From Klebsormidium nitens (lineage: Eukaryota; Plantae; Klebsormidiophyceae): a stretch of DNA of 64,000 nt. Numbering within the stretch: position 1 is the stretch's first letter; each line of letters starts with the position of its first letter. The stretch spans positions 13,788-77,787 of the forward strand of contig DF237394.1 of NCBI GenBank assembly GCA_000708835.1, in the 5' to 3' direction. The notes below the pieces were generated by a model. That model did no database searches. It saw nothing but the letters and a program-made list of their open reading frames with translations, and had not been told where the DNA came from. The position numbers were made by a program, and so were the translations under genes. Shown in pieces: positions 13,301 to 26,069 of this stretch.

Positions 13301-14061
13301 TCTTGATTGCCCTCTGGCTGCTGCCAGACACCCCCTGCCCCCTCTGTCGCTGGGCCTAACGAGCCCCTTTCTTCTCCAATGGCGCTATCAACGATCCCCA
13401 AGTTTTTGCTTGATGAGCCCAGCTCCAACGATCCAGGGAGGAGTGTCTTCAAATCCGTGCTTCCATCCGTGTCTGGTGGTTTCCCAGATCCAGCTTCCAA
13501 GAGAACCACATCCTGAGCTGGAGTTTCCCACCCAGCCTGGTTCTCGATGGCCTGCAACTGGAAGAAGCACAGTCAGGGGTAAGACACAAACAAGCATGGC
13601 TGGGTCCCACATTGGAGTCCATAAGCCCCCGCGTGACGTCAGGGAGACAGGAACCGACTGGCGAAGGTGGTAGATAACGGGGTAGTTGTGGCATCGATCA
13701 ATCTAAACATAAGCACCCCAAGCCAGGTGCTCTACTTTTGCTGACTGCGGCAGCGCTCTCCTGCACAACCATTTGATCCCCCAATCCACACCTCAACAGC
13801 ATTACAGTATTCCTTCGCCCATTTCGAGCCCCACATTTGACAAGCTCCGGATGCTGCGCAGCCTACCGTGTGCGGGGGCAGTTCGGTGGCACCGTCTGCT
13901 GGTTGTACCGCCCAACGCACCACTGCTTCCCAAGCGACAGTGATGCCCACCATGCTGCACATGCTTAACAGCAAACATTTTTGGCACACTCCAACTCTCC
14001 AACGACGCGTTGAGGTTCCTGGCGATGCAGGAAGGTCATAAAAACTTGTCCTCCTTCGCAT
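10400..14061 (-). CDS. O-fucosyltransferase-family (GT106) glycosyltransferase, FRIABLE1/RRT-like
   Basis: Exons ~14061-13867, 13551-13115, 12772-12592, 12076-11814, 11406-11193, 10840-10400, all GT-AG. Family motifs [68 protein letters not shown] and [15 protein letters not shown]-terminal hydrophobic segment suggests a type II membrane protein. Exon 1 is less certain. Confidence 0.92.
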
Positions 14062-14547
14062 CTTCCATGCATCTGCTCTTTGGATGCCTTCGACTTGGAT
14101 GGAGTTCCATGCAAAGAAGGTGGTGCACCCTTTCAAGCAAGTACTCTTTTAACTAGTTTCAGATCTTGGTGCAATGCGGCGGAAGCACGCTGGCCAGCAG
14201 CATGTTCTCTCGCCACCAATGGAACAGGCATGCACAATGCACCATGCATGTGGGAGTCGTGGGGGAACCCCCTGCAATGGGATTCGGAACCCGGATCGGG
14301 TTTGTCACTCAGAAATTCTGATCTCGTTCGGAGTCGTGAAGGGTTAAGAAGCAAAACCCTGCGGTTATCCACTAGACCGCCCAGGGCCAAGGGTGGCATT
14401 GCCGACCGCACCAGCAAGTACTCGAGCAGGGCATCCATAGTTCACGTATGGCATGCAGGAAAAGTGAAAGTCTGCTGGGGCAGACAATTGCCGCTGAGGC
14501 CGTTCTTGTGCGGGGGTTGAAGGAACTCGTGTGATTCTGTCGCCATC

Positions 14548-17500
14548 ATGGACGCGCGGCCACAAGCGCAGCCAATGGACTCGGAGGAGGCGCTGCTGGC
14601 TGCCCAGCAGAGTTTCGTCCGCAGCATGGAGGCCTCATCTGTGCAGCTCAAAGTAAAGCGGCCGGTACCAAATCAGCCGCTGAAAGATTCGGCTGCTGCC
14701 TCCGAGAAAGCCTTGTCGGGTGCACGAACTCCAAGGGTTTCTTGGTCGCCTGAGGTGGTGGACAATGGAGGACCGACGGCGACAGAGGGCGGTGCCACGG
14801 CGATCGGAACAATTGCGTCCAGGGGGGCAGCTGGCACAATTGCAGGAGGTGCGGGTGTAGGGGCTGCTACAAGGCCCATCAAAGCATTCTCCGCTCGTCC
14901 GACAGGCCCGTCATTCCGCAAGGAAAGTGGTGCTGCTGGAGATGCCCCCGATGAGCCACGTGCCAGGGTAGGGGCTGGGGCAGATCTGACGGCCGGCGAT
15001 GATGTCTCTGACGATGAGAGTCTGGAAAGGGGCGATGGGGGTGGTGCAGACCCCATGTCAGAATCGGTGGATCGCCCCCCGTACGAGCCGCTGCCCACCG
15101 TGGGTGCCATCAAAGAGAAGGGCTATGGAGGGGCAGGCGCCAAAGACGCCGGCTTTGTCGCCCAAGTGCCGGCACCCCAAGCAACACCCTTCCCGGAAGC
15201 AAGGCATCGCTCGGAGGGGCCGGTGGGTGCAGGTTTCGCATTGAAAAGAGTGGATGCCCAAGCTGCAATGCTGCCACAGATGTGCCAGGAGGCTTCTTAA
15301 ATATGATTTTTGACTCCATGGTTGGATGAGCAGCAGCTTTCCCAAGCGTATCACGATACTTGACAAAATTGAAGTGAGAGGATCGAATCATGCTCCCTTG
15401 TCTTTGTGGTGTCGCGTGCCATTCATCTTGTTGGCTGGACTACGTACTGCTCAATCAAGCAATGTCCGCACAAATTTGCTGCCATTACTCTGCCGGACAG
15501 TTCTTATGTCACATGGAATACAGTCAGCTGTCAAAAGAAAGGAGTAGAATCATTTGCTATCCTCTCCGCCATCACAATTGCACCCCTTTCTGTGTGCAGC
15601 ACTGGGCCCCTGTCCCCCAGGTGGTGCTGGAGCGCCTCCAACCAGAGGCGGACAGCTCACCTCCATTCGACCCAGCCATGGCCATCCCCCTCTCTCGACC
15701 AGACCCTGCCCACAAGAAGGCAGCGATGAGCAAGTTCCGTCAAGCTATGCTCGATAGTCGCAAGACGGGGGAGCCGAACAGTCAGCCCAAGGATCAGCGG
15801 CGGGTGATAGCTGGTCCAAAGGGGGAAGTTGCCAGGGCGCAGGCTGCCAATAGAGGCGACACCTTTGAGGGGGCAAATATTCGAGCGAGTGCGGGCAATG
15901 AGGAAAGCCGGTTGGACACGAGTTATGGTAAGCAAGCAGCGCTGAGAAGCCGCAGTGGGGGGGAAGGCACCGTAGTGGAGCAATCTGGAGCTCCTGCGCC
16001 TTCTTTGGAGGAGGAAGCAATTGACAGGGAGAATCGTGCACGTTTGGCGGGGATGTCAGCGGCCGAGGTGGCGGCAGAGCAGGCGGAGCTGCAGCAGATG
16101 CTGCCACCTGGCGTACTCGAGGCGCTCCGCAAAAGGGGGGCCAGGAAACTGGGGGCTGGGGGACATGACGAAGCGAGGAGCTCTTTGGTGGAAAAGAAGC
16201 TTGATATTAGCCAGGAGTTAGAAGAGACCAGCGCCGTTAAGAGTGCAGGCGCAAGGACAGAGAAGCCCCCGCTCCGACGGCAGCCCACTCCTCTGCCTGG
16301 CGCCATTCCATCAGTGCAAAAAGGGCCGCCAGTCAGCCTCGGGGCAATTTCTGAGGATGGGGGGGTAGAAGTGGCATCAGGCGACACAGCAATTGGTATT
16401 TCTCGTGGGAAAGAAGATCTGAAGGCACCGCCAGAACGGGTAACCCCGGCAGAAGGAACACCTTTGCGGAGGCAACCCACGCCTCTTCCTGGCGCGATTC
16501 CGAAAGCAGTCAAGTCCGGAGGGGCAACTTTAGATTCTCTCGCAGAAGACGAGGGGGAGACGGGGGACGACAGCGGTGCAGGGTCAAGAAGCACGGGAGA
16601 ACGGCTGTTACGGCAGCCCACGCCGATGCCGGGTGCGATCCTGCAGCACACCCCGCAGCGGAAACCGGAATTGGGCGTCCTCATTGAAGAGGATGGGGAC
16701 GAACCGGCGGCTGACGAGATGGAGGAAGGCTTGCTCAGCACGGAGGAGGAGGTCAGTGGGCCGGAGGGCGCATCGGTAGGGAGAGCGGACGAGCTTCAAG
16801 GGGCGTTGGCTAGACAGCCGACTCCTCTGCCTGGCGCTATTCCTGTCGTCAAAGGTTTGCGCGAGCCTGTTCTCGCTCCTTTGGAGGAAAGCCCCGAGGA
16901 TGAGGAAGACGAAGCACGGGCGGAGGTGTGCAGTGCAGGCGCCGCGGGGACCAGTGGACGCTTGGCGCGGCAGCCGACGCCTCTGCCGGGGGCCATTCCG
17001 AGTCCGCGCACGAAGCCCGGGGCTGCGCTGGCGACTTTAGAGGAAGAAGAGGGCGAGGAGGATACGGGCGAAGAGAGAGAGGAGCGGCCTCCGGGACAAC
17101 CAACGGACCCTGTGCCAAGCAGCAGCGGGGTCCCTGAGCCAAGCTTGCATTCCGCTTCGGAATCTGAAAGAGAGCCGGGCGCCAAAGGGGTGTCCGCGTC
17201 CTCTTTCTCACACGCTGAGCCTCGTGTGTCTCCGCTGATGTTCGCACCGGTCAATGCGTCCGACATGCGCTTCGACCTCGATGGGGCGCTCCTCGCGCCG
17301 GAGCCCGGCGGGCCGGGCAGTGCTGACGTTACCACGAAGGTGGCGGAGCGCGACATCCTGCGGAGCGAGGGGGATCCCTCAGGTACGGGGTACTCGCTGC
17401 AGGAGGCTGCGAAGCTGGCGCGCAGCACGGTGCCGAGTCAGCGGGCGGCCGCCCTGCGCTTGATTGCAGGGGTGCTGAGGAAGGCTGTAGGTGGGATGCA

Positions 17501-20500
17501 TGGTGGAGAGGGGGCGGAAAGTGACGAAAGGGGGCTCTGGAGGGGCGTGTGGGCTCGAGTGTGGGCGTATGCGCTGGGGCCAAATTTGCAGTTGGCAGTC
17601 GTGCTCAGGTGAGGCCGACAGAACGGAACCCAGAGGGACGGGTCAGAACAGCAGTCCGTATCCTGTCTGCCATAGGACGAGCTAGGGGGCAACGTTCGTC
17701 GTCTCCTGAAGAGACCGGTGCATAATTCCGATCTGCGGAAACTCTTTTTCTGTGGGTAATTCACTCAAGTCTGGGATTACGTCGGACGGGACTCTGCGGA
17801 AGACAGCGTTCGTCTTTGAGGGAACAGCAAGAGGCGTGCCTTAGCTTGGCGAGTTCTGTTGGTGAAATGTGCAAGTGATGACATACCAACGAGCAAGCCC
17901 TTAGCAAGAAGCGCCTGTACTCCATCAGTATTCAAGCAATCACACCCATCATAGCACCATTCTCCTCGACACTGCTGCTACGCTTGATTGCTTGCATCGT
18001 ACCAGAATGCTTATAGAGGAGTTGCTTTGTGATCCGATTCATGGTTCCTCCCATGTCTCTCGTTGTTCCCTTTTTCCGCTTCGAATTATCCCCGCCTCCT
18101 TTGACAAAGTACTTTTTGCCGTGTTCCCAGGTCTGCTCTGGACGACTCCCATGCGACGGTGCTCGCCGCGGCCGCGCACGCGCTGCTGGCGCTGCTGACG
18201 GGCGTCGAGAACGAAACCAATTTTGAAGATGCGGAGGCGGTTTGGAGAAGCCCACACGAGTCTGCGTCACTATTTACGGGGCCATGCGACCGCTCGTCGG
18301 GTGTTCTGACGGCGGGTGAGCCGGCCGCACAAATATGCACCTGTTGCCAACGCTCCTTACTTCGCGCTGGTAATCCTAACAGCAAGCGACAATTGAGGGC
18401 CAGCTTGCTTCGCCTTCGTGAGAGGCTTACTTGCTCTATCAGGTCACACCGTCCGCTTTGACTTGCCAGAAAGGTGTTCTTGGACCTATTGGAACGAGGG
18501 GCATCCGGTCCCCGCAGGAGTCTAGCTTTCCTTCAGCTGTCGAGCAGTCCGTTCTCGCGGTTCACCCGCCTCTGTTAACTCCTTGTCCTTTGAGATGGTC
18601 GCTCTTACTGACAGTCCCTCTGTGCGGGCAGGGGTGAGCAGTTGGGGCCGGTGGGCGGCCCGAGCGAGCGTGGACACAAGTGCGGCCGCGGAGGGCGACG
18701 AAGTGCGCGAAGAGACGGTGGGCGACGATGCGCGGGTGGCCGCTGGTGACGTGGTGGTGGGGCTGATCCGCATGGGCATCCTGCCCCGCATCAGATTTAT
18801 CCTTGAGGTGGGCGGACGATGCTACTCGGGACCAGGCTTGGCGAGATGCGAAGCAAGGAGCGCGGGTTCGGGGGCGAGTTCGGATGGGTGTCGTCTTCCT
18901 TGCTTTTCGGGCAAGCGCTGCAGCAATTGGCAGAAACATGCGCAATTCTCGATCTAAAGTTGACGGGAAGTCCGCCTATACCAGCTGTACGATTACCTTC
19001 GCTTCTTAAGATGCGGTGTAGAAGACGATTTGACACACGCCGTTCAAGGTTTTGCCGTGCTAGAATATGAATCTTCCATGACTCGCGCTTCAGAAGATCA
19101 GCTCAAGCGAGCCTTGTGGCTGCCATCTCGGAGCGTGGACTTCCTGCTGTTTGCAGCCTCTTACTGTGCAGGGCTTACGGTGATTACATGATTCAGCGCC
19201 CTTCTACGCTCTGATAGCTGTTAGGGAAGCGGAAGCACGAAGGAGAAAAAAGCAGCCGCTCAAGCAAAATACTGCTTTTCTTCTTCGCATTTTGAGTATT
19301 TTCCTAGCTTAAGCATTTCACTCCGCAGGTCCTGAGCCTGCCCGCCCTGGACGAGCCCCTCTTGGCCACGCTGGTGACCCTAGCCCGCCACTCGGCCGCG
19401 GCAGCCCGCGCGGTCCGCGACTGCCCGCGGCTGCTGCCCACGCTGCGGGGCATCTTCGTGGGCGTGCTCGCGCCTGCAGTGCGCTCCCCGATACCCAGCC
19501 ACACCGCGCAGGAGACGGCGGTCAAGCTGCTCACGGTGAGTGCCTGCGGTCAAGCACGATACCCGGTTGGCCGAGCGGGATTGACCCACATCATAGCGAT
19601 TGTTTGCTCTCTACTCGTTTCTGGAGGCGCGGATTGCGCCTCCTTTTGAGGGCCAAGAGTTGCATGTTGGTGAGGGTGGGTGTGCACTATAACAGTTCTG
19701 AAGGCAATTAAGAGCTGCACTCTGCATGCATCATTTTTGTAGAACTAAGAAAACCTCCTTGCAGAGCTAAGACCAGCTTTGTTGGCATTCACCTTCTACA
19801 TCACGTCCCTGATGGCCCTGCTCTCTTTCCCCCCGCTCTCAGATGCTGTGCCTGGCAGACCGTGCCTCTGCCGCCCTGGTTTCCGATACGGGCCTCCTCT
19901 CGTTGGCCAAGCGCCACCTTGTGTCCCGGCCCCGCGCACCCCTCCGCTTCCCGCCCGCCTTCTCACGAGTGCTCCGCCTCTGGCGCACCTGTGCGCTGTA
20001 CGGCCGGGGGGGCGGCTCTCTCTCGGACTACTACGGCGCCCTTGCGGTTGTCCTCGAGCCGCCGGCGGGGGACAGAGCCGCTGCAGAAGCAGCCCCCTGG
20101 GGAGAAAGCGCTGAGGCATACCTGCTCTTGGAGGCGTTAGCTCGGACGTTGCCGAGTGGTCGGGAAGACGAGTCGGCGGACGAGGAGCGAGCGGAGGTGC
20201 TTTTGGACTGGGCAACGGTTGGGCCTCTGGTTGAGACGGCCACAAAATGGCTGAGCCCCGGGGTACTGGGGGCGCTTCCTGAGACGCGGACAAGCCCAGG
20301 TGGTGCCGCCCCCTTGCACGCGCTGGCAGCAGCCGTGCACTTCCTGGCGACCGTCGCGGAGAGGAACGCGGGGCAGCTAGGTCGCCTCGAAAGGGCCCTG
20401 GTCGACGCTCTGCTCGTCGAGGGGGGAGGCCTTCGCACCGCTGCTTCGCATACCAGCCCCAGTAGGGAGGGCAAACGTCCGGTGGGCGACGATCCCAGAA

Positions 20501-23357
20501 CGGAGCGCGAGGTCGCGGCTTCTGGTCGAGTCAGTTATTTCGAGTTTCTCAGCGAGAGGGTCGCTCTAGGGGGAAACGACGATGGGGGCACCCTGGCAGC
20601 AGCCTCGTGCCTGCAGGGCCTGCTCAGGCTGACGTCAGCGCTTGCCGCAAGGGAGAGACTGGGCGCCACGGCAGCAGAAAGAGCAGCCGGGCCTATTCTT
20701 GCTGGACGAAGCGGTACCGCACTGGAGGCGGGGGGGGACAAAAGCAGTCTGTCCAGCATCGAGGGACAAATGATGCTATCTTTTGGCGGCCTGGCTGAGC
20801 GGCTGACTGATGTGCTGGTGCGGGGCGGCGCTTGGGAGGTGCAGGAGGAGGAGCAGCGCCCGGCGGCTGCGGGCCTGGGGCTGGGCTGGGGGCTGCCCGC
20901 CCGGGGGGTGTGGGGGGAGGGGCTGGCAGTGCGGAGAGCGAGGGCGGGGCTGCTTGCCTCGCTGTACGAGACGTTCCCGTTGAACAGCGTAGGAAAGGGA
21001 GATGTCAGTGCGCAAAGTGCTGCGGCAGTGCCGGAACCTTCCACAAGTGGACGCGACACGGCTGCAGAGGGTAAGGTCGGTGGAGCAGCCTCGAGACAGG
21101 CGATACGACGCCTCAGAGCGGCTTTGGCTGCCATCAGAACGATGGGGCCCGGGAACTTCGAGTCGGTGCTGGCGCTCCTCTCGTCCGCTATCTTGAGCAC
21201 GGACGTTCTAGAGGTGCTTCTGGCCGAGGGGGGGGCTCTCCTGCAGAGCGTCCGCAGCGGCAGTCAGAGCGGTCGGGGGAGTCTGCCGAGTGCAGCGGAG
21301 GTGCGGCGGGTGCTTCTGCCCCACTTTGCTGGCCAGTGGCTCGGCCGGTGGACCGACGAATCTGACGAGGGCGGCGGTGCAGATGGTTGGGACATTGAGA
21401 CGGAAGTGAACAGGCTGTTAGACGCAGACGGGACTTCCGAAAGGGCACAGGCCTCGGAAGGTCGTTCTGGTGGTTCATTATCAGGCCGCATAAACCTAGA
21501 GCCAAGTAGGACAAGTACGAGCGGACCGGGGGCAGCGCTCGCAGTTTCCATCTCCGGCCAGAAGCTTCTCCTCCCGGCTGACTGGCTACTCAGCCCCACC
21601 GCTGTCGCCGCCCAGCTGAGCTCGAGCGCCGTTTCGGAAGAAGGCAGCGGCGACATTGAGGACGGTGTGAAGCAGCTCGTGCGGGCGGGCCTGGCCCTGC
21701 TGCTCGGCTTGGAAGCGTGCGAACGTCTAGAGCGTCCCGAAGGGCAGAGCAAGGATAGCAAGAGCGGTGGACACCTTTTGGGGGTCCCGCTGGTCAGGAA
21801 GCTGCACGCGCTGAGCGAGGCGTTCCTGGCCGCAGGAGAGCTGTTCCTGGATAGCGACGTAGCGCCGCTGCTGCAGGCACTGCAGGAGCTGTATGGGCGA
21901 GAACTTCCGCCGGTTCCGGCAGATGAGAATGCTGCAAGCGCAGATGCAGCACCCGAGGCGCCTCCGAGCGACAATTCAGCAATGTCTGGCCGCCGGGATC
22001 AGCGAGCGCTCGACTTTGCGGTGGCTACGGGGGCGCCCTACGAGGGCTTTGCCGAGGGCCTGGCGGAGCAGTTCGCGGCCACTTCGTTTGGGGACCCCGC
22101 TTTTGGCCGCCAGGTGGTGCTGCTGCTTCGAGAGGATGTGACACCTGGCGCTCTGCGATTGGTGGTCTGGAAGGCTCTGGCAGATGCACGAGCGCTGCAT
22201 CTGCTACCGCCTGCCAGGGACTGCCTGGGCGATCCGCGTGCGTACCTCCCTGCTTTAGCGGTAAGCCTAGGTCCTCGTCATGCTGGCGTCACGTCTTTGA
22301 TGCGCCAAGCGATTGGACGCTGAGCAAGATAGCTGATGTTCCCGGCACTCATGTAAATGAAAACAGTCTGACGCGACTTTACGTTTTCCGATCCTAGAAT
22401 CAAATGTCCAGGTCAGGAGATCATGGGCCAACGTGCATCGCAACGCTTTTGAAGTGTTATGTTGCCGCGGCTCACGGAGCCCCCTTGCTTGCATTTTCAC
22501 TTGCAAGACACCGAAAAGGTCACTGTCCTGGCAGCCAGAGATGTCTGGCCGCCAACAAGCAAGCAGAGCGCAAGTTGGAACTGCAGACGAGCACCGTCTC
22601 CGTCTCTGCAGGCGGAAAAGGACGCCCTCGAGCAGTACGCGGCCGCCCTGCGTTCCGGTGCGCTCGACCGGACCATCGCCCTCGGGCCGGAGGGCATGTC
22701 CGTGACCGCTCTCATTGCGCTGCACCATCTGGGCGCCGCCCTCGACGACACCGCAGGCCCGCCGGGTGAGAATGGGGGCCGGGGGGCCGGAAGCAGCGCC
22801 CCAAGCAGCGCACCGGGGCCTGTTCACACCGATGACGGCGGGAGGGAGCGGCAAGAGCCCGGCGCTGCTGGCGGGGCGGAGGCGGAGAAGAAGCGCGGGG
22901 TGCAGGGGCTTGTGCAGGGCTGGCTCTGGAGTGCCGCGCAGGGCCGCTGCGATGCGGTGAGTGGGGGTGCGGAACGGGACTGGCCTTCCTCCGCTCGAGA
23001 AAGGCTGAATAATGGATTCGTGTAGAGGCCCGCAAGGAGCGAGAGGGAGACGACAGATTGTTTTCCGGTTGAGTGTGTGTCGCTTGTCATCCTTCTTCGG
23101 CTTTTCAGCGCTTTGCTTGCGCTTGCCTGCTTAAGAATTGAGAACTCACAAATAGAGCTTTGCCTGTGCAGAACACGGTCGCTGCTTTTGTGGCGCACGC
23201 CCCGGCCTCCCCTGACTCCGTGAGCGGCAGCCGGCGCAGCAGCCGCCGCGTGGCCGCCCTTGTCGAGGCAGCGGGGGGGGACAGCACGCTCGTGTCTCTG
23301 CTGCAAGGTCTGGGGATGGTGGACCCGGGCCGGGAGTCTGCGGCAGTGACGGAATAA
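14548..23357 (+). CDS. RPAP1: RNA polymerase II-associated protein 1 (RPAP1 / MINIYO-like)
   Basis: Approximate exons 14548-15222, 15621-17608, ~18131-18315, ~18633-18807, ~19329-19535, ~19843-22260, ~22610-22956, ~23171-23357. N-terminal DSEEALLAAQQSF, then VGAIKEKG and PFPEARHRS as in IYO. RPAP1_N-like IDRENRARLAGMSAAEVAAEQAEL and RPAP1_C-like RFDLDG...GYSLQEAAKLARSTVPSQR, followed by ARM-like helical repeats. Confidence 0.9.
16272..17060 (+). repeat. Five-copy protein-level repeat (LxRQPTP[LM]PGAI...Lxx[IL]xE-acidic) inside RPAP1 exon 2
   Basis: Copies start at 16272, 16464, 16605, 16806 and 16962 in the 15390..17612 ORF. Peptide cores are near-identical while synonymous positions and linkers differ. 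Confidence 0.95.
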
Positions 23358-26069
23358 GCTGCAGCACTGTACGAACTTATTTCTAGGTGGCTGAACGATG
23401 GGCCAGAGCCCGACCGCGTCAAATTGCATAGCTATAGAGATGCACAATCATGCTGCTCTTCACAGCATGATTGGGAAGACTGTGGAAAGTCATACTGCTT
23501 TCCACATTAAAATGGCTGTGGGCCCGTAGCTTCCTTCCAGGCATGGAAAGCCGTTAGAAACAGTACCAGATTACGTAGTGCCCTTGTCCGTTGTCAGATC
23601 AACAGGTCGTCGAAGTCTCTCTTGTTTCTGGGACGTACATAAGGTTTCCCTAGTCGTGAAATCTGGGTCTACCTATTGACTTTCAAATATAGTATAGCTG
23701 ATAGGGAAGCAGAACAGGCACATTAAGGACATCACCCCGTACAGACCGGTTTCCACATGGTCGCCAGTGAGTCCCGGTCCCCGCACCGCTCATTTCTAGC
23801 TCTACGGTGTCCTTGCCACTCGTTCTGCTTGGTTGCACATCCTCTGCTACGCCCAAGCGGTGTGAAGATCTCAAATCAATAATTGGTGATGCGTGGAGTG
23901 CACAACATTTGATGATCCTGTAACAAAGTGAACATATGATCGATCTGGAGCTCGCTCGATCATATGTTCGATCTGGAGTACAACCGAGTACCACCGCATT
24001 GGAAGGTGCAGGCATTTGTGCATGTCTCAAACGCTTCGCCGTCGGTGGCCTGCATGACACATGTGCTCCCTTATTGTGGCCCGACGAGCCATTCAAGTCT
24101 GATCGAAGATGCTCTCTTCGTACTCGCCGTTGCCAAATAGGCCATAGGCTTCTCATGGCATACATGTATGAGTGTGTGGGTCTCGGTCTTGGGGCTAGTG
24201 CATCTCAGGCTACGCTCGCCGTCGACGTCCTACCAGCTACATTCTCAGTATCCCGGCCAAACCAATGCTGTTATCTCCAATCCTATTCACTCTCTATATT
24301 CTTGAAGACTCGCGCAAACTTTTGCTTCTACTGTGAAGGCCATATCCGGAAGATCGTAGGGAAGTGGCGGCTGGCGCTCAGTCGATTGCGCGAGCACGGC
24401 GGGCGAAGGCCGCTCTGGTAACCTGATGATGGTCATTGTCCCAAATGATTGACAGGTCAATTTGGAAACTACTAATCTACCAATAAAGTTGATGGGAACT
24501 AGGGGAATCCAAGCTCTGAGAGAGGCAATTTACGGTGCAAAAGAGAGTGTGATGCAAAGGTCCAGGATTCTTGTCAAATAGGAATGTACCATACTGCTTT
24601 TTACAAGGGATAAGGTGGTAACGATTAAGTGCACACACGCTAGCGCTAGTACACTCCAGTTGGTTTGATCCTGAATTGGGACGTCCATGAGCGGATCTTC
24701 AAGCCTGGACTCGTAAGCTGATCCGCAATATTGCACATGACAGTTGATGTCGGAAGGTGATCAACAGAGGTCATTGCGAGCGCGTGGGCAGATGTATTGT
24801 GGCCACCTGATCTGTACTTTCCTGCAACCGCTACCTCCCTTGCCTGCCACAAACACCCAAGCTGTTTCCGTGCTCAACCACGCTGCTACTACAGCCAGCA
24901 GCTAGCCGGCGAGACGTGAGTCAATGACTCGGAGTCTCTGACTGGCGTCGTCATATTGTCCAGAGCTGCTGCCCTCAGAAGCCTAGCACATTATGCTTGG
25001 GTCCGTATATATACAGCTGCAGAAGCAAGCGGCGGCTATCAGCATCTGCATCAGAATAGCAAAAATGGCCGTCGAATTGTTCAACACGAGTCTATCTGGT
25101 GATGAATCCAAGGCCCTGTAATGGTTCCATGGTTTGAATGGACATGAGTAGAGGCAGTGGAGCAGAATTGCCGCCACGGGGCAGCACTGAGCCACGTGAA
25201 TGCGGCCAGAATCGTGTTGGTACAGCTTTTAGGGTTACAGTATGTAGGCCGGGAGAGGATATTATAATTGCGACACAGCACCCAAACTCAATTTTGAAAG
25301 CAGACGGAGTGACCAGCCTGAGCTCGCGGAAAACGTCCGGATACTCCCTGCCGGCGACAAGGCAGCGGCAATTTGCGCTTGATGTGCGAGCCATGTGGTT
25401 CATGTGGCTCATGTGCATCACGTGAATCACCGTCTTGCATTGTACGCACGCCCTGCATGCCACATTGGAAGTCCTCAGTGCGTATGGTACGGTCACTATG
25501 ACGGTACTGAGGCTAAGGTTACACCTAGTACGACCATCGGTGAGACGTGCGTGCAACATTTGTCGACAGTTGATGACTCATCATCGAGGTGCGCCATACG
25601 CCATCGATTCAAAGTCACTTGGAATAAAAATGTACCTGAACTGTCGATGAATAAAACAAGCGGTTAGGCCACGCTCCTGTGCGCGAGCTTCATTGCCCGA
25701 TTGGCCCTTGAAAAAAGCCTTGTACGATGTACGAAAAGGCCGATCAGTACCGACTCAGCCCGGCCCTGTGCCGCTGCTTCCACCGAGCAAGGAAGTGATG
25801 CAGCTGCTTGGATCACTCCTCGACGTGCTCGCACGCCGGTCGTTGTTTCAACTTGTGGCCCGTCGGCGTATTAGAACAACTCTTTGTAGGGCTCTGTACA
25901 ACTTTGCAGATTTGAGTACCTAGGCATGTGAGACTTACCTAGCCGGTATATGCGTAGCACCTGAGGCCACAGTACCTTTTACCACTACATGATCAATCAT
26001 CAGAGTCAAGAACCTCAATGTACTAGACTGTAACCGTTCGTGAGTAAGGTGAACGTTGGACCAATCGGG

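Noticed and set aside
4794-14061. P450 next to a glycosyltransferase as a biosynthetic gene cluster
   Set aside because: GT106 enzymes are Golgi wall-polysaccharide transferases, not small-molecule UGTs, and the neighbours are unrelated housekeeping genes.
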